Source: a virus. Taken from it: DNA of 64,000 bases. Positions 19,780-29,299 of this stretch are shown one piece after another. Each line of letters begins with the position of its first letter. Positions within the stretch are counted from its first letter, which is position 1. Where the stretch lies: IMG/VR virus record IMGVR_UViG_3300028920_000035, positions 83,623 through 147,622 of that record; one strand, 5' to 3'. A program made the translations under genes and the position numbers. The notes below the pieces were generated by a model, which was not told the DNA's origin, did not search any database, and was given only the letters and a program-made list of their open reading frames with translations.

Positions 19780-19950
19780 ATGATTGTCAAATTCACCGTC
19801 GCGAGAAACGGAGAGACCAAGACCGAGGTCGTCGACAGGGAAGGCCAGAACTGTAAAAACGTCTTGAAGGTCACGCAGGCACTCGGCAAGGAAAAATCTC
19901 ACGAAATAACCGGCCCCGATTGTGATAAGGTCGATGAGGCACAGCTTTGA
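19780..19950 (+). CDS. DUF2997-like small protein (absent from the ORF track)
   Basis: 56 aa MIVKFTVARNGETKTEVVDREGQNCKNVLKVTQALG...; AGGAG SD; pattern and neighbourhood fit DUF2997. Confidence 0.75.
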   Translation: MIVKFTVARNGETKTEVVDREGQNCKNVLKVTQALGKEKSHEITGPDCDKVDEAQL

Positions 19951-19981
19951 AGTAAGACGCCACAGCTTGAAGGGAGACAAC

Positions 19982-20320
19982 ATGTCACATCGAGTAGTTA
20001 CCACAACGAACATTACAGATAAGAAGATCGCCACCATGGCGCTCAACAAGAAGGGATGGGCCTTCGTCGACGAAGGTACTTCCCTCCGCATCACCAGCGG
20101 CCCGATGGATCGCGCGACGATCAACCTCAAGACGGGGGAGGTCGTTGGGGACAGCGACTTCCACGGATACAGCCGCGGGACGGGAAACAGCTCGCTCGAA
20201 GCCCTGAACCAGGAGTACGCGGTTCAGAAGATTCGCGCCACTGTCCGGAAGCAGGGTGGTACCATCCAGAGCCAGAAGACGGTCGGCGAGCAGGTCATCT
20301 TGATGGCTCACATGGCCTGA
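19982..20320 (+). CDS. DUF1257/Ycf35-like protein
   Basis: MSHRVVTTTNITDK..ALNKKGW...GDSDF...LNQEYA...KQG; GGGAG SD. Confidence 0.7.
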   Translation: MSHRVVTTTNITDKKIATMALNKKGWAFVDEGTSLRITSGPMDRATINLKTGEVVGDSDFHGYSRGTGNSSLEALNQEYAVQKIRATVRKQGGTIQSQKTVGEQVILMAHMA

Positions 20321-20440
20321 ACCCCAGCTGGTCGTCCAAGCCCGCGAGAACCCCGCTCTGGAAACAGTGTGGGGTTCGTTGTGTCTGGACCCCCAAAAAA
20401 GAGTACTGGACTTTCAACTTCTACCTTTCGATGAACCAAA

Positions 20441-20451
20441 CGGTGTAAAGG
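20441..20451 (+). promoter_or_regulatory. CGGTGTA promoter-like motif (leaderless spacing)
   Basis: CGGTG-TAAAGG-6 nt-ATG(20458). Confidence 0.65.
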
Positions 20452-20457
20452 GTCGAC

Positions 20458-22041
20458 ATGAGCATCCCCGAGGCATTGAATCTGCACCTGCACGCTCTCA
20501 CTCGCTGCATCTACTACGTCACCGAGGAAGAAGACCAATTTCTCCTCAAGTTTCGTGACAAGCTCGATGCCGGCAAGGTTAAGAAGTCACAAAAGGCTTT
20601 TGTCTTCTCCGCCACTCACGGTTTAATTGGCTTGGAGCAGATGATCAAGGATTGGAGCACCCGCGCCCACCACGAGAGCGAAGAAGTGGGTGACATCCAC
20701 GAAGCTCTCGTCCGCGCTTACCGTGACAACCCTGAGGATAAGATCAACTTCTATATCATCACAGACCCGGACCGGTGGTTGCAGGATCCCCACGTCGTCC
20801 GCCGTATACTGAACATCATCCATCAGCTCCACAACGATCTGCGCACCATCAAGGTGCTCATTTTCGTGGGGCCTCGGCTCTACATTCCCGAGAAACTTCA
20901 GAGGTATATTGAAGTCATCACCGACTCAGGCTTGACTGACGAGGAGATTCAGGCGCAGATTGACGACATCTGCGGCCAACTCCGCATCGAATCCCCCGCA
21001 GGATCGGCCAAGCATTTCCGTGGCCTGACCTCCTATGAGGTCAACAGCGCCATCGCGCAGTCGATCGTCAGGACGCGCAGAGATCCACCCAAGCGCATCG
21101 AGCCGCGCATCGTTGGTGAGTTCAAGCGGGCCCAGCTGAACAAGACCGACCTGGTGAGCTACGTGGATGTGGCAGACTACACGTTCGATGCGGTAGGTGG
21201 TCTCCAACGCTTCAAGAAGTGGGCCACAAAGAACCATGCCTGTTGGACCACTGAGGGTCAGAAGTACGGTCTCACACCACCCAAAGGGGTGCTCGCCGTG
21301 GGGGTATGGGGGTGTGGTAAGAGCATCAGCATGAAGGCACTGGCCAATGCTTGGCGGCTCCCTCTCATCCAGCTCGAAATGGGCAAGCTTCGTAGCTCGG
21401 GCGTCGGTGAGACAGAGGCCAACACCTACCGTGCCATTCGGCTGATCGAGGCTGTAGCCCCTTGCTTGCTTTGGATCGATGAGGCCGAGAAGTCCCTGAG
21501 CGGATCCCATTCATCGAGCTACTCGGACTCTGGCACCACCTCGCGCGTCGTCGGAATCTGGTCGAACTGGCTCCAGGAGACGAACGCCCAAGTGTGCATG
21601 GCAATGACGGCCAACTCGCTGGCCACCCTTCCCGTGGAGTTCGTCAACCGCATGGACGAGCGGTTCTTCTTCGACTTGCCCGTCGAGGAAGAGCGGGTCG
21701 ACATCCTGAAGATCCACATCGCTGCCAAGGGACAGGACCCGTCCACATACAAGCTCGCCAAGCTGGCCGAGGCCGCCAGCCAGATGGTTGGACGTGAGAT
21801 CATGCAGGCGGTCAATGCGGCCATGACCGAGAGCTTCGACCAGGACAAGCCGAATCTCGACGGCGAGATCTTGGAGGCCGAGTTGCGGAACAAGCCGCGT
21901 ATCTTCAAGACGATGATCGACGAGGTTCGGGAAATTTTAGATTGGGTCGGCTACGACGAGGAACGTGGGGACGGTATCCGGGCCCGCATGGCGTCCGAGT
22001 TCCGGGGTGATAGCTTCAAGTTCGTGAGCGGCGGCGGCTGA
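20458..22041 (+). CDS. Ycf46-like AAA+ ATPase
   Basis: YVTEEE in a degenerate N-terminal domain; VGGLQRFKKW, PKGVLAVGVWGCGKS, LLWIDEAEK, TAN, RMDERFFFDLP. Confidence 0.85.
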   Translation: MSIPEALNLHLHALTRCIYYVTEEEDQFLLKFRDKLDAGKVKKSQKAFVFSATHGLIGLEQMIKDWSTRAHHESEEVGDIHEALVRAYRDNPEDKINFYIITDPDRWLQDPHVVRRILNIIHQLHNDLRTIKVLIFVGPRLYIPEKLQRYIEVITDSGLTDEEIQAQIDDICGQLRIESPAGSAKHFRGLTSYEVNSAIAQSIVRTRRDPPKRIEPRIVGEFKRAQLNKTDLVSYVDVADYTFDAVGGLQRFKKWATKNHACWTTEGQKYGLTPPKGVLAVGVWGCGKSISMKALANAWRLPLIQLEMGKLRSSGVGETEANTYRAIRLIEAVAPCLLWIDEAEKSLSGSHSSSYSDSGTTSRVVGIWSNWLQETNAQVCMAMTANSLATLPVEFVNRMDERFFFDLPVEEERVDILKIHIAAKGQDPSTYKLAKLAEAASQMVGREIMQAVNAAMTESFDQDKPNLDGEILEAELRNKPRIFKTMIDEVREILDWVGYDEERGDGIRARMASEFRGDSFKFVSGGG

Positions 22042-23219
22042 TGCCCGGAGACGACGACCTACTAGAGCGGTACAAGCCACAGGACATCCAGTCCACGGCA
22101 GACCCTGACCCCGAGCTGCTGCTCGACGGTCGGGCTGCCATCATGGGCGATCAAGAGACCCGCCGCTCTTTGTGCGAGGGGCGGGAGACTGGACAGGCCC
22201 GCACCGATTTACGGGACAACCTGGCCCTCCAGCTCGCCTCCCATTGGCATGGTGAGGTCGGCCTAGACTCGTGCATCGAGGTCGCGACATACCTCGTGGA
22301 TGAGTACCTGACGCTCGGGGAGGGCATTTTCCTGATCAACCGCGCCACGGGCAAGGTCGAGGCTCAACTCAGCGAAGACGACCTTTACAAGCCGAACCCC
22401 GTCCCGCGCGAAGATGGCACGCTCGCCCAGCCTCTGGCCCGCATTCGGCCCAACATCCTGTCCAACCTCGCCGTTTGGGTGGGGGACCGCGAGCGCGAGT
22501 CCCGCATCTTGGCAGAACTCTCCCGTCGGGCCAACCTCACGCCCCTGTTGGAGCAGGAGGGCGACCAACGGCTCCAGGTCGCCTCCAGACGCGGCCGGGC
22601 CCAGATAGTGGCCGAGGTAGCCCAGAACTCTCCCGCACGGCTTTTGGGCTCGTTGAGTGGCCCCCTGGGGGCCTTCACGCGCCGCTTTCCGGTAATCAAC
22701 ACTTTGCCGGACCACACAGAGTATCTGGTGGAGGTCACGGGAGAGACTCTGGCTCGTACGCGTCAGGGCGTCCAAGACCCACTCACGACCAACTTGGCCT
22801 ACTCGCCCTCCACTCAACTGCGATCCTCTCTACCGGCCAACTGGCTGAGACAAGTGCTCAAACTGTTCGCCGAAACAGCTCACCGGCAATCTCCGCCGGG
22901 TGCTATCCCCTTGAGCCAGCTGACTCGCCAAGATCTGGCTGATGCGGATCTCTGGATTGTGGACCCCAACCTGATGCAGGCGTTCCGGGAACTCGACCCC
23001 AAGCTCATCCTCATCCCCATTCCGGGGGCGCCTCCGCTTGGCATCGAGCCAGGGGAGACCGGGTGGCTTCAGGTGCCGAACGCTTTCACGGCCGCGAGTC
23101 GCGAGATGTTTGATCGGTGGCAGGTTGAAGCTGGGCTTCAGGTAACCCTTTGGTACAATCCAGACTTTATCAACCTGCTGGAGATCTCCGACATCCCCCA
23201 GCAGGCACAGGTGATCTGA
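22041..23219 (+). CDS. Hypothetical protein
   Basis: 392-aa ORF coupled by TGATG on both sides. Confidence 0.7.
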   Translation: MPGDDDLLERYKPQDIQSTADPDPELLLDGRAAIMGDQETRRSLCEGRETGQARTDLRDNLALQLASHWHGEVGLDSCIEVATYLVDEYLTLGEGIFLINRATGKVEAQLSEDDLYKPNPVPREDGTLAQPLARIRPNILSNLAVWVGDRERESRILAELSRRANLTPLLEQEGDQRLQVASRRGRAQIVAEVAQNSPARLLGSLSGPLGAFTRRFPVINTLPDHTEYLVEVTGETLARTRQGVQDPLTTNLAYSPSTQLRSSLPANWLRQVLKLFAETAHRQSPPGAIPLSQLTRQDLADADLWIVDPNLMQAFRELDPKLILIPIPGAPPLGIEPGETGWLQVPNAFTAASREMFDRWQVEAGLQVTLWYNPDFINLLEISDIPQQAQVI

Positions 23220-23509
23220 TGCAAGGAACCCAAGAAGCTGTTGATTTCCTCCAGAATTTCGCCAAGGCGATGCAAGTGCCCTACATCGAGGGTCACCTTA
23301 CGTCCAAGAAGTCTGAAGCCACCTGTACCCGCAACTACTCGACCCTGGAACGGACCTTGGCGGCCGTGAAAGCTGAGCGCCTGAAGCAGCTCTGGTACCA
23401 CGAACCAACTCGGTCCGTGGTCATGGGGACCATGAGCAACAACCGGTACAGCATCCTGTACACTGAATTTCGAGCCAAGATCAGCCTGATTCGGAAGGTT
23501 TTTAGCTAA
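23219..23509 (+). CDS. Hypothetical protein
   Basis: ATG overlaps the upstream TGA; MQGTQEAVDF... Confidence 0.6.
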   Translation: MQGTQEAVDFLQNFAKAMQVPYIEGHLTSKKSEATCTRNYSTLERTLAAVKAERLKQLWYHEPTRSVVMGTMSNNRYSILYTEFRAKISLIRKVFS

Positions 23510-23901
23510 TGGCCGACCTCTTCATCCGCCTAGCTCGCACGCTGTCTAACGAGGCCCAGGTGGGGTATGCTGAAGACAACGAGTACGCTGATGATGACGA
23601 GGGCGCGGCGACGGTGGGGTCCAGCTTCGAGCGGAGTCTCGCTGTCGTCCAGCACGGTGGGGTCCGAGGCATGTGGTTTCACGTCCCAACCCAGCGGCTT
23701 GTCGTCAGCATGGTCAACTTCATTGGGGAAGGACCTGAGTTACGTGTCCTCTCCCGCGTGGCGTTTACTCCCCAGGAGATGGTGGACAACTACTACAAGA
23801 TCAGGGACGCCTTAGGTGTTCGCTTGGAAATGCCTTGGGGCAATGAGGTCCGGGCGGAGTTGCTCACCGAAGCAAAAGGAGTGCTCAGTGCCAAGTCATG
23901 A
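23509..23901 (+). CDS. Hypothetical protein, possibly paralogous to the preceding gene
   Basis: TAATG coupling; ERSLAVV..GMWFHVPTQRLVV resembles ERTLAAV..QLWYHEPTRSVV of the upstream ORF. Confidence 0.6.
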   Translation: MADLFIRLARTLSNEAQVGYAEDNEYADDDEGAATVGSSFERSLAVVQHGGVRGMWFHVPTQRLVVSMVNFIGEGPELRVLSRVAFTPQEMVDNYYKIRDALGVRLEMPWGNEVRAELLTEAKGVLSAKS

Positions 23902-24286
23902 AGAGGCACAAGCTATCGTCGAGACCCAAAACCACATCATCCTGGTGCGCAATCTGCTCAACTTCGCGGCCATGGAGCTGTTGCGGCGGGGGGAGGTCCA
24001 CGACCAGAGCAAGCTGGTCGAACCCGAGCTTTCGACGTTCATCGAGTACACACCACGCCTGAAGGGGATGACCTACCAGAGCGCCGAGTATCAGCAGTGC
24101 CTGGCCGAGATGACACCCGCGCTCGAACACCATTACGCTAACAACCGACACCACCCTCAACATTTTGAGGATGGTGTGGACGGGATGAATGTCCTCGACC
24201 TTCTGGAGATGTTCCTCGATTGGTACGCCTCGACCAAGCGACACGATGACGGCCGCCCGTTCGACGAGGGACTGGTGAAGAGGTAA
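23888..24286 (+). CDS. DUF5662-family HD-like protein, possibly C-terminally shortened
   Basis: HDQSKL, EHHYANNRHHPQHF, DLLEMFLDW. Confidence 0.7.
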   Translation: MPSHEEAQAIVETQNHIILVRNLLNFAAMELLRRGEVHDQSKLVEPELSTFIEYTPRLKGMTYQSAEYQQCLAEMTPALEHHYANNRHHPQHFEDGVDGMNVLDLLEMFLDWYASTKRHDDGRPFDEGLVKR

Positions 24287-24293
24287 GTCTGGT

Positions 24294-24491
24294 ATGGCAG
24301 GTTGCTACTCGTTCGTCGTTTGCTCCAAGACGCCCGTGGGCATCGAGAAGCCCATGGTGCTCCTGGACGAGGGCGTGCAGGTGTTCACGGCCTTCGTTGA
24401 TGACCTTGAAGAGTTCAAAAAGCGGCTGGAATCGGAAGGGGTCGAGATCCGCAATGTGAACTGTCTCGACGGTTTGGGGTCCCGAACTTAG
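24294..24491 (+). CDS. Small hypothetical protein
   Basis: 65-aa ORF in a co-oriented run. Confidence 0.5.
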   Translation: MAGCYSFVVCSKTPVGIEKPMVLLDEGVQVFTAFVDDLEEFKKRLESEGVEIRNVNCLDGLGSRT

Positions 24492-24500
24492 GGAAACATC

Positions 24501-24761
24501 ATGTCCAAGCTCGCCAAGCTCGCATCCTTCATGCAGGTGCCCAAGAGCATCCCGGTAGCCGTCTGTGCCAAAGGTGTTGTCTTACCTGTCGGTAGGTACT
24601 TGATTTTTGACGACAGCGTCATGCCGGTTACTCGTGAAGTAGCAACCGTTGATAACGGGAAGGTCATGGTGGATAAGGTTGTTTCTGATGGATTTCATAA
24701 GTGGCGAGTTCGAACCATACGGTATGGGGAGCTTGAGGTGTCGTTTAGAGATCAGGATTGA
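24501..24761 (+). CDS. Small hypothetical protein
   Basis: 86-aa ORF, AGGGA SD. Confidence 0.45.
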   Translation: MSKLAKLASFMQVPKSIPVAVCAKGVVLPVGRYLIFDDSVMPVTREVATVDNGKVMVDKVVSDGFHKWRVRTIRYGELEVSFRDQD

Positions 24762-26574
24762 AGTCCGCGGGGGCGATGAGCATCTGAAGGTGCTCGGGCA
24801 TCGCTCCGCTGGCGACCATGTTCTGCATGAGGCGCTCGGTCTGAGCCATCCCGCCCTGGTCAGGGGGTACGGCTTTCACGGGGGCGGGGAGGATGTGGGC
24901 CAGATAGAATGCCTCTTCGAGAGTGAGGAAGCTAGGGGACTTGTCGAACCTCCGCTTCGAGCCCGCGGCGATGCCGTAAGTCTCGGGCCCGAACTCGATG
25001 ACGTTCAGGTACAACTCCAGGATTTCACGCTTGGAAAGGCACCCCTCCAGCATCCAGGCTAGGAGGACCTCCCGCGCCTTGCGCTGGATGGTCTGATGGC
25101 GGGTCAGCCACAGGTTTCGCACGAGCTGCATGGTGATAGTCGAGCCCCCACGAACGATGGAGTCAGCCTCGACGTTCTGCTTAAGCGAGTTGTTGATGGC
25201 CAAGAGATGAACCCCTTTGTGGTGAAGGAAGCCGGGGTCTTCGAGTGCAATGAACACGTCGGGGACATGGGGAGGGAGAAGCCCTAGCGGAGTCCACCCC
25301 TTCGTGCCAGGGCCCGTCTCCCGAAGGTAGCGATCCGCCCCATTGGCCTTGTAGACGCTTTGCTTGAAGGAGCGCTTGAGGTTAGCAATGAGAGCGTGAT
25401 CACACCGCAGCTTGCAATCCTGTTCGATCTTGAGCTGGGGCGACATCGTCACTGTCGCGGTGAGGTGGCCTGAGACCGCGTTGCCCAAGGAGTAGTCCGC
25501 CAAGTCCCCCGATACCGGTCCTGGGAGGTTTCGGAGCCAGCCCGCACAAGGGGCAGTGGCACTGAGCTGCCCATCCTGAACTTGTACGTGGATGGCCTCA
25601 TCATCGCCAATCTGAATGCTGATGCCGGCTTGCCGCCACCGATTGGGGTCCGCTAGTACCTTGACGTGGTTGATGTCGGCCGCCAGTACCTTGACGTGGT
25701 TGATGTCGGCCGCCGTCAAGACCGTACCCGCTCGGTTGACCCTCCGCGTTTTGAAAAGAGGGTGGTTGGTCCGAACAGTGCGGGCCCAAATTTGGTATCC
25801 GCTGGTGTCAGGGTTGCCATTGTCGATGACGCTGAGACGAAGGTCATCGAATGCCCACAGGGGTCCTTGTTTCATGGGTTCAGGTAGGGAACTCTCCACC
25901 TGAACCGACTCAGCTCGTAGCATGAGGCGCTCGGTTTGAGAGCTCAGCGCTTCGTCAATGTCGAGAACGGGCACCGAGATGTGTTCGAGCACGACCCGGC
26001 TGGGTTCGAAATACAGGAGCTTGCTCCAGCGCTCAGGAAGCTTGAGCCGATTAGGGTCAATTCGCGTGACAGCACGTTCGACCTTGATGGCCCGCTCCTT
26101 TTGGTCATAGCTCCCCCGCCTCAAGGTGACCTCACCCTTCGGGTGGGTGACTCGGGCCGCATTGAAAGTCACCGCGTCGGCGGTCACATCGAGGTCGGAG
26201 CTGTGGAAGGTGAGACTTCCCCGACGCACCGTTGCGTCGAGGTCATATGCCTCAATACTCAGCCCGCGTTGTGCCCCGCCCGGTGTAGAGCTGGGTTTGG
26301 TAAGCGTCAGATCGATCTTACCACCTTGGATTGTAACCTTCTTGTCGGCACTGACGTGCACGTACTTCAGGGTCGCGGTCAACCCAGGTCGTTCGACGAC
26401 AACACCTTCACACTCGACGGAGCGGTCCCAGGAGACGTTGAGCTGCTCGATGCTCTTCACTTCTGGGTACTCTTGCAGCACGTAGTGACGTGCCAACGGA
26501 TTGACCGCAGCTATTGCAACAACCGTAAAGGCCACCAGGATGGTGGCCACCAAGATCAGCTTGAGTCTACTCAT
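24745..26574 (-). CDS. Monofunctional peptidoglycan transglycosylase (GT51) with N-terminal anchor
   Basis: MSRLKLILVATILVAF signal/TM; EDPGFLHHKGV, GGSTITMQLVRNL, RKARE, KREILELYLN, YGIAAGS. Confidence 0.88.
   Translation of the reverse strand: MSRLKLILVATILVAFTVVAIAAVNPLARHYVLQEYPEVKSIEQLNVSWDRSVECEGVVVERPGLTATLKYVHVSADKKVTIQGGKIDLTLTKPSSTPGGAQRGLSIEAYDLDATVRRGSLTFHSSDLDVTADAVTFNAARVTHPKGEVTLRRGSYDQKERAIKVERAVTRIDPNRLKLPERWSKLLYFEPSRVVLEHISVPVLDIDEALSSQTERLMLRAESVQVESSLPEPMKQGPLWAFDDLRLSVIDNGNPDTSGYQIWARTVRTNHPLFKTRRVNRAGTVLTAADINHVKVLAADINHVKVLADPNRWRQAGISIQIGDDEAIHVQVQDGQLSATAPCAGWLRNLPGPVSGDLADYSLGNAVSGHLTATVTMSPQLKIEQDCKLRCDHALIANLKRSFKQSVYKANGADRYLRETGPGTKGWTPLGLLPPHVPDVFIALEDPGFLHHKGVHLLAINNSLKQNVEADSIVRGGSTITMQLVRNLWLTRHQTIQRKAREVLLAWMLEGCLSKREILELYLNVIEFGPETYGIAAGSKRRFDKSPSFLTLEEAFYLAHILPAPVKAVPPDQGGMAQTERLMQNMVASGAMPEHLQMLIAPADFNPDL
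25655..25714. repeat. Exact 30-bp tandem duplication (AADINHVKVL x2)
   Basis: agtaccttgacgtggttgatgtcggccgcc twice. Confidence 0.9.
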
Positions 26575-26601
26575 GCTTACATCCCTATACTGGAAAGACC
26601 A

Positions 26602-27021
26602 ATGCCCAACTTCATAGCAGTAGAACTGAAGGATGGCGAACACCCCTTACCCATTGTGGGGGAGTTCACCCACCTGGCCCACCGAAAAGGGGTCATCTTC
26701 AGAGAGACCGAAACCCTTGGGGTCATGACCCTTGGGTCGAGGCGATTCCTGCGTTGTCGGACGGATTGCTACCGCCTCGAAGAGCTGGCCGCCGAAATGG
26801 TGACCACTGGAGGAAGAGCCATGGTCATACCCAAAGGTTCAGGAGGTTACACGATTCTCTTGCCCGGTGGTAGAACTGGGTCCGTCCCAGGGACTACCAT
26901 GCAGGCCGTACCCCTTCCCGCTCAGCGGGTACAGTACCGAGGGCCAAAACTCAAGTTCTGGGAGCGGCAGTTCCCAAGCCCCCGTGAGCCTCTCAATCGT
27001 GGGCCGCAAGAAGAAAAATAA
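26602..27021 (+). CDS. Hypothetical protein
   Basis: ATG 26602 divergent from the transglycosylase, TATACT upstream; the longer tracked ORF is antisense overlap. Confidence 0.5.
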   Translation: MPNFIAVELKDGEHPLPIVGEFTHLAHRKGVIFRETETLGVMTLGSRRFLRCRTDCYRLEELAAEMVTTGGRAMVIPKGSGGYTILLPGGRTGSVPGTTMQAVPLPAQRVQYRGPKLKFWERQFPSPREPLNRGPQEEK

Positions 27022-27039
27022 CATGACCGGTCACAAGGC

Positions 27040-27050
27040 CGGTGTAAAGT
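27040..27050 (+). promoter_or_regulatory. CGGTGTA promoter-like motif (leaderless spacing)
   Basis: CGGTG-TAAAGT-5 nt-ATG(27056). Confidence 0.65.
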
Positions 27051-27055
27051 GAATC

Positions 27056-28318
27056 ATGCCTGATAAACGTTGCAGTTTCTGCGGGCGACCCGCAAACGAG
27101 GTCAAAAGTTTGATCGCAGCGGCTGACGACGGCCCCTTCATCTGCGACCGGTGTATTGGCCGGGCCGGCCAGAGGATCGCTCAGTCCAGCAAGACTGAGG
27201 GTGACGGTGAGGGGCGCAAGCCGCTGCCCTCACCTCGGGAGCTGAAAGCCCATCTCGACGACTACGTGATTTCCCAGGAGACAGCCAAGATCGTGCTGTC
27301 GTCGGCCTTCTACAAACACTATCTGCGGCGCGAGGCCACACGAAGGGGGGCCCTACCGGGGGCCAGCGAGGCCGAGCCTGAGAAGTCCAACGTCGTCTTG
27401 GCGGGGCCGAGCGGCTGTGGCAAGACCCAGTGTGCACGGGCCATTGCTAAGAAGCTGGGAGTCCCATTCTACGTGGGCGACGCAACTACCTTGACCCAGG
27501 CGGGGTATGTCGGGGCGGATGTTGAGTCACTTCTTCAGGGGCTGATCGCAGAGGCCGGTAACGACGTTGAGAAAGCCCAGTGGGGCATCATCTTCCTCGA
27601 CGAGGGTGACAAACTCGCCCGTAAGTCGGGGCGGGGGTCCACGGGCTACCGAGACGTGACAGGGGAGGGCGTCCAGCAGGCGCTACTTAAGCTCGTCGAG
27701 GGGTCGAAGGTGAACGTCCCTCGCGGCATGGCTCGGATGATCTCGACCAACCAGGAGTCGGACATGATCGACACAACCAACATCCTGTTCGTCTTCGCGG
27801 GTTCATTTGCAGGCATCGAGGAAATTGTTGGCCAGCGGCTCAACAAGAATACCGGAGTGGGGTTCGGCAAGGACAGTAAGCGCGACTTCACGTCGCGCGA
27901 GGTCTACGAGAACATCACGGACGAGGACATTTTGGAGTTCGGGATCATCCCCGAGCTGGCGGGTCGCCTGCCCGTAGTGACCAGTGTGTTGCCGCTCACA
28001 CAGGACGAGATGTACCGGATCCTGACCGAGACCAAGGACGCCTTGGTCAAGCAATTCCGTTTCCAGTTCCGTCTGGATCGAATCGACCTCCAGTTTGAAG
28101 AAGCCGCGCTGCGGGAGATTGCCAAGCAGGCGTGTGATAGTCCCAAGGGCGCCCGCGCGTTGCGGGGTATCGTCGAAAAAGCCCTGGCCCCCTACGTTTT
28201 CGCGTTTGCGGGCCCTAACTCGGAAGCAAGCCGCATTGTCGTGACCGAAGCTCTCATCAAGGGCGAGGGTGAGGCCCTCGTCACACGACGCGCGCATGCT
28301 GTGGCTGCACAGGCGTAG
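27056..28318 (+). CDS. clpX: ATP-dependent Clp protease ATPase subunit ClpX
   Basis: CSFCG...ICDRC Zn domain, [57 protein letters not shown] loop, GARALRGI. Confidence 0.96.
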   Translation: MPDKRCSFCGRPANEVKSLIAAADDGPFICDRCIGRAGQRIAQSSKTEGDGEGRKPLPSPRELKAHLDDYVISQETAKIVLSSAFYKHYLRREATRRGALPGASEAEPEKSNVVLAGPSGCGKTQCARAIAKKLGVPFYVGDATTLTQAGYVGADVESLLQGLIAEAGNDVEKAQWGIIFLDEGDKLARKSGRGSTGYRDVTGEGVQQALLKLVEGSKVNVPRGMARMISTNQESDMIDTTNILFVFAGSFAGIEEIVGQRLNKNTGVGFGKDSKRDFTSREVYENITDEDILEFGIIPELAGRLPVVTSVLPLTQDEMYRILTETKDALVKQFRFQFRLDRIDLQFEEAALREIAKQACDSPKGARALRGIVEKALAPYVFAFAGPNSEASRIVVTEALIKGEGEALVTRRAHAVAAQA

Positions 28319-28323
28319 ACCCA

Positions 28324-28509
28324 ATGATCGGAGCGAGTGCGGGTCCTTACTACGCCCGACTCAGACTTGGCCGTCTGAGGATTCATTGGATTTTCCCGTG
28401 GGGCTGGGTGTATAACTGGCGATCCTATCTTTGGGAGTATACCCCTGACGACGGAACGTGGTTCGTACGCGTCGTGGGCGTGGAGATCAGCTGGGTTCGT
28501 CGCGAGTAG
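28324..28509 (+). CDS. Small Trp-rich hypothetical protein
   Basis: 61-aa ORF filling the gap after clpX. Confidence 0.4.
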   Translation: MIGASAGPYYARLRLGRLRIHWIFPWGWVYNWRSYLWEYTPDDGTWFVRVVGVEISWVRRE

Positions 28510-28534
28510 TCTTTTTGTGGGACGTGCCCCAGTG

Positions 28535-29299
28535 ATGACCGTCGCAAGCCGTGTAGCCACCCGCTGGAAAGCCGCCAACGTTGTCCCCTTTAGGGGCCGT
28601 CCCAGAGGTCCTCAGGTGGCCATTGGAAGCCGCAAGTACGTTTTGAGCGACTACTGGCCCATGGGAACGGCTGGTGACGGTGAGGCTCCCGCAGCAGGAG
28701 CCCGGGTCATCGACGTGGGGGGCGACAAGTTCCGCTGGTTGTGGGCCTATGACACTGACAAGCAGGTTCTCGCCATGTGGCGCTACACAGACGGGGATGA
28801 GAAGCACTACGAGAACGCCCACCGTGCGGCTCAGCACATTCACAAGCTGGAGAAGCGAGGGCAGCTCAATCGTGTCACCAATGCCGAGTTTCGGATAATC
28901 GAGCGCGAGATGAGCCGTCGCTATGAGGATGTCATCAAAACGCTTCGGGAACACGCCCGGTCTCTCGGCGGCGATTGGCAGGAGCAGGTCAACGCCATCG
29001 CCCGTGATTTCTTCGACCACAAGGTCCGCCCCCTCATCGAGCGAGCCCTGAGTGACGCCGCCCGTGGTGCCGTCCCGATGGGGTTCAGGTTCAATGAGCG
29101 TATACCCCAGAGCCGTGATCAGCAGATTCGGGCTCACATCGTCAGTCAGATGGTCCACCAGCGGTTCAACGAGCGCTTGATCGAGGACACGATGCGCACC
29201 CAAGGGCTCGATCCCGAGATGAGAGGGGTGGATAACCAAGCTGCCTACTGGGCAGTGAGCGAGCTCAGACAAGATGTGTACGAAGAGTACCTACGGTGA
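28535..29299 (+). CDS. Hypothetical protein with N-terminal RVAARY-like tag
   Basis: MTVASRVATRWKAA; TTTTTGTGG motif upstream. Confidence 0.7.
   Translation: MTVASRVATRWKAANVVPFRGRPRGPQVAIGSRKYVLSDYWPMGTAGDGEAPAAGARVIDVGGDKFRWLWAYDTDKQVLAMWRYTDGDEKHYENAHRAAQHIHKLEKRGQLNRVTNAEFRIIEREMSRRYEDVIKTLREHARSLGGDWQEQVNAIARDFFDHKVRPLIERALSDAARGAVPMGFRFNERIPQSRDQQIRAHIVSQMVHQRFNERLIEDTMRTQGLDPEMRGVDNQAAYWAVSELRQDVYEEYLR

Noticed and set aside
25936-26601. Long + strand ORF extension (361 aa in the track)
   Set aside because: Antisense shadow of the transglycosylase; only 26602-27021 is plausible.
27149-27155. Intragenic CGGTGTA copies (also 26281 and 61651)
   Set aside because: No start codon at the characteristic distance; several chance copies of a 7-mer are expected in 64 kb on two strands.
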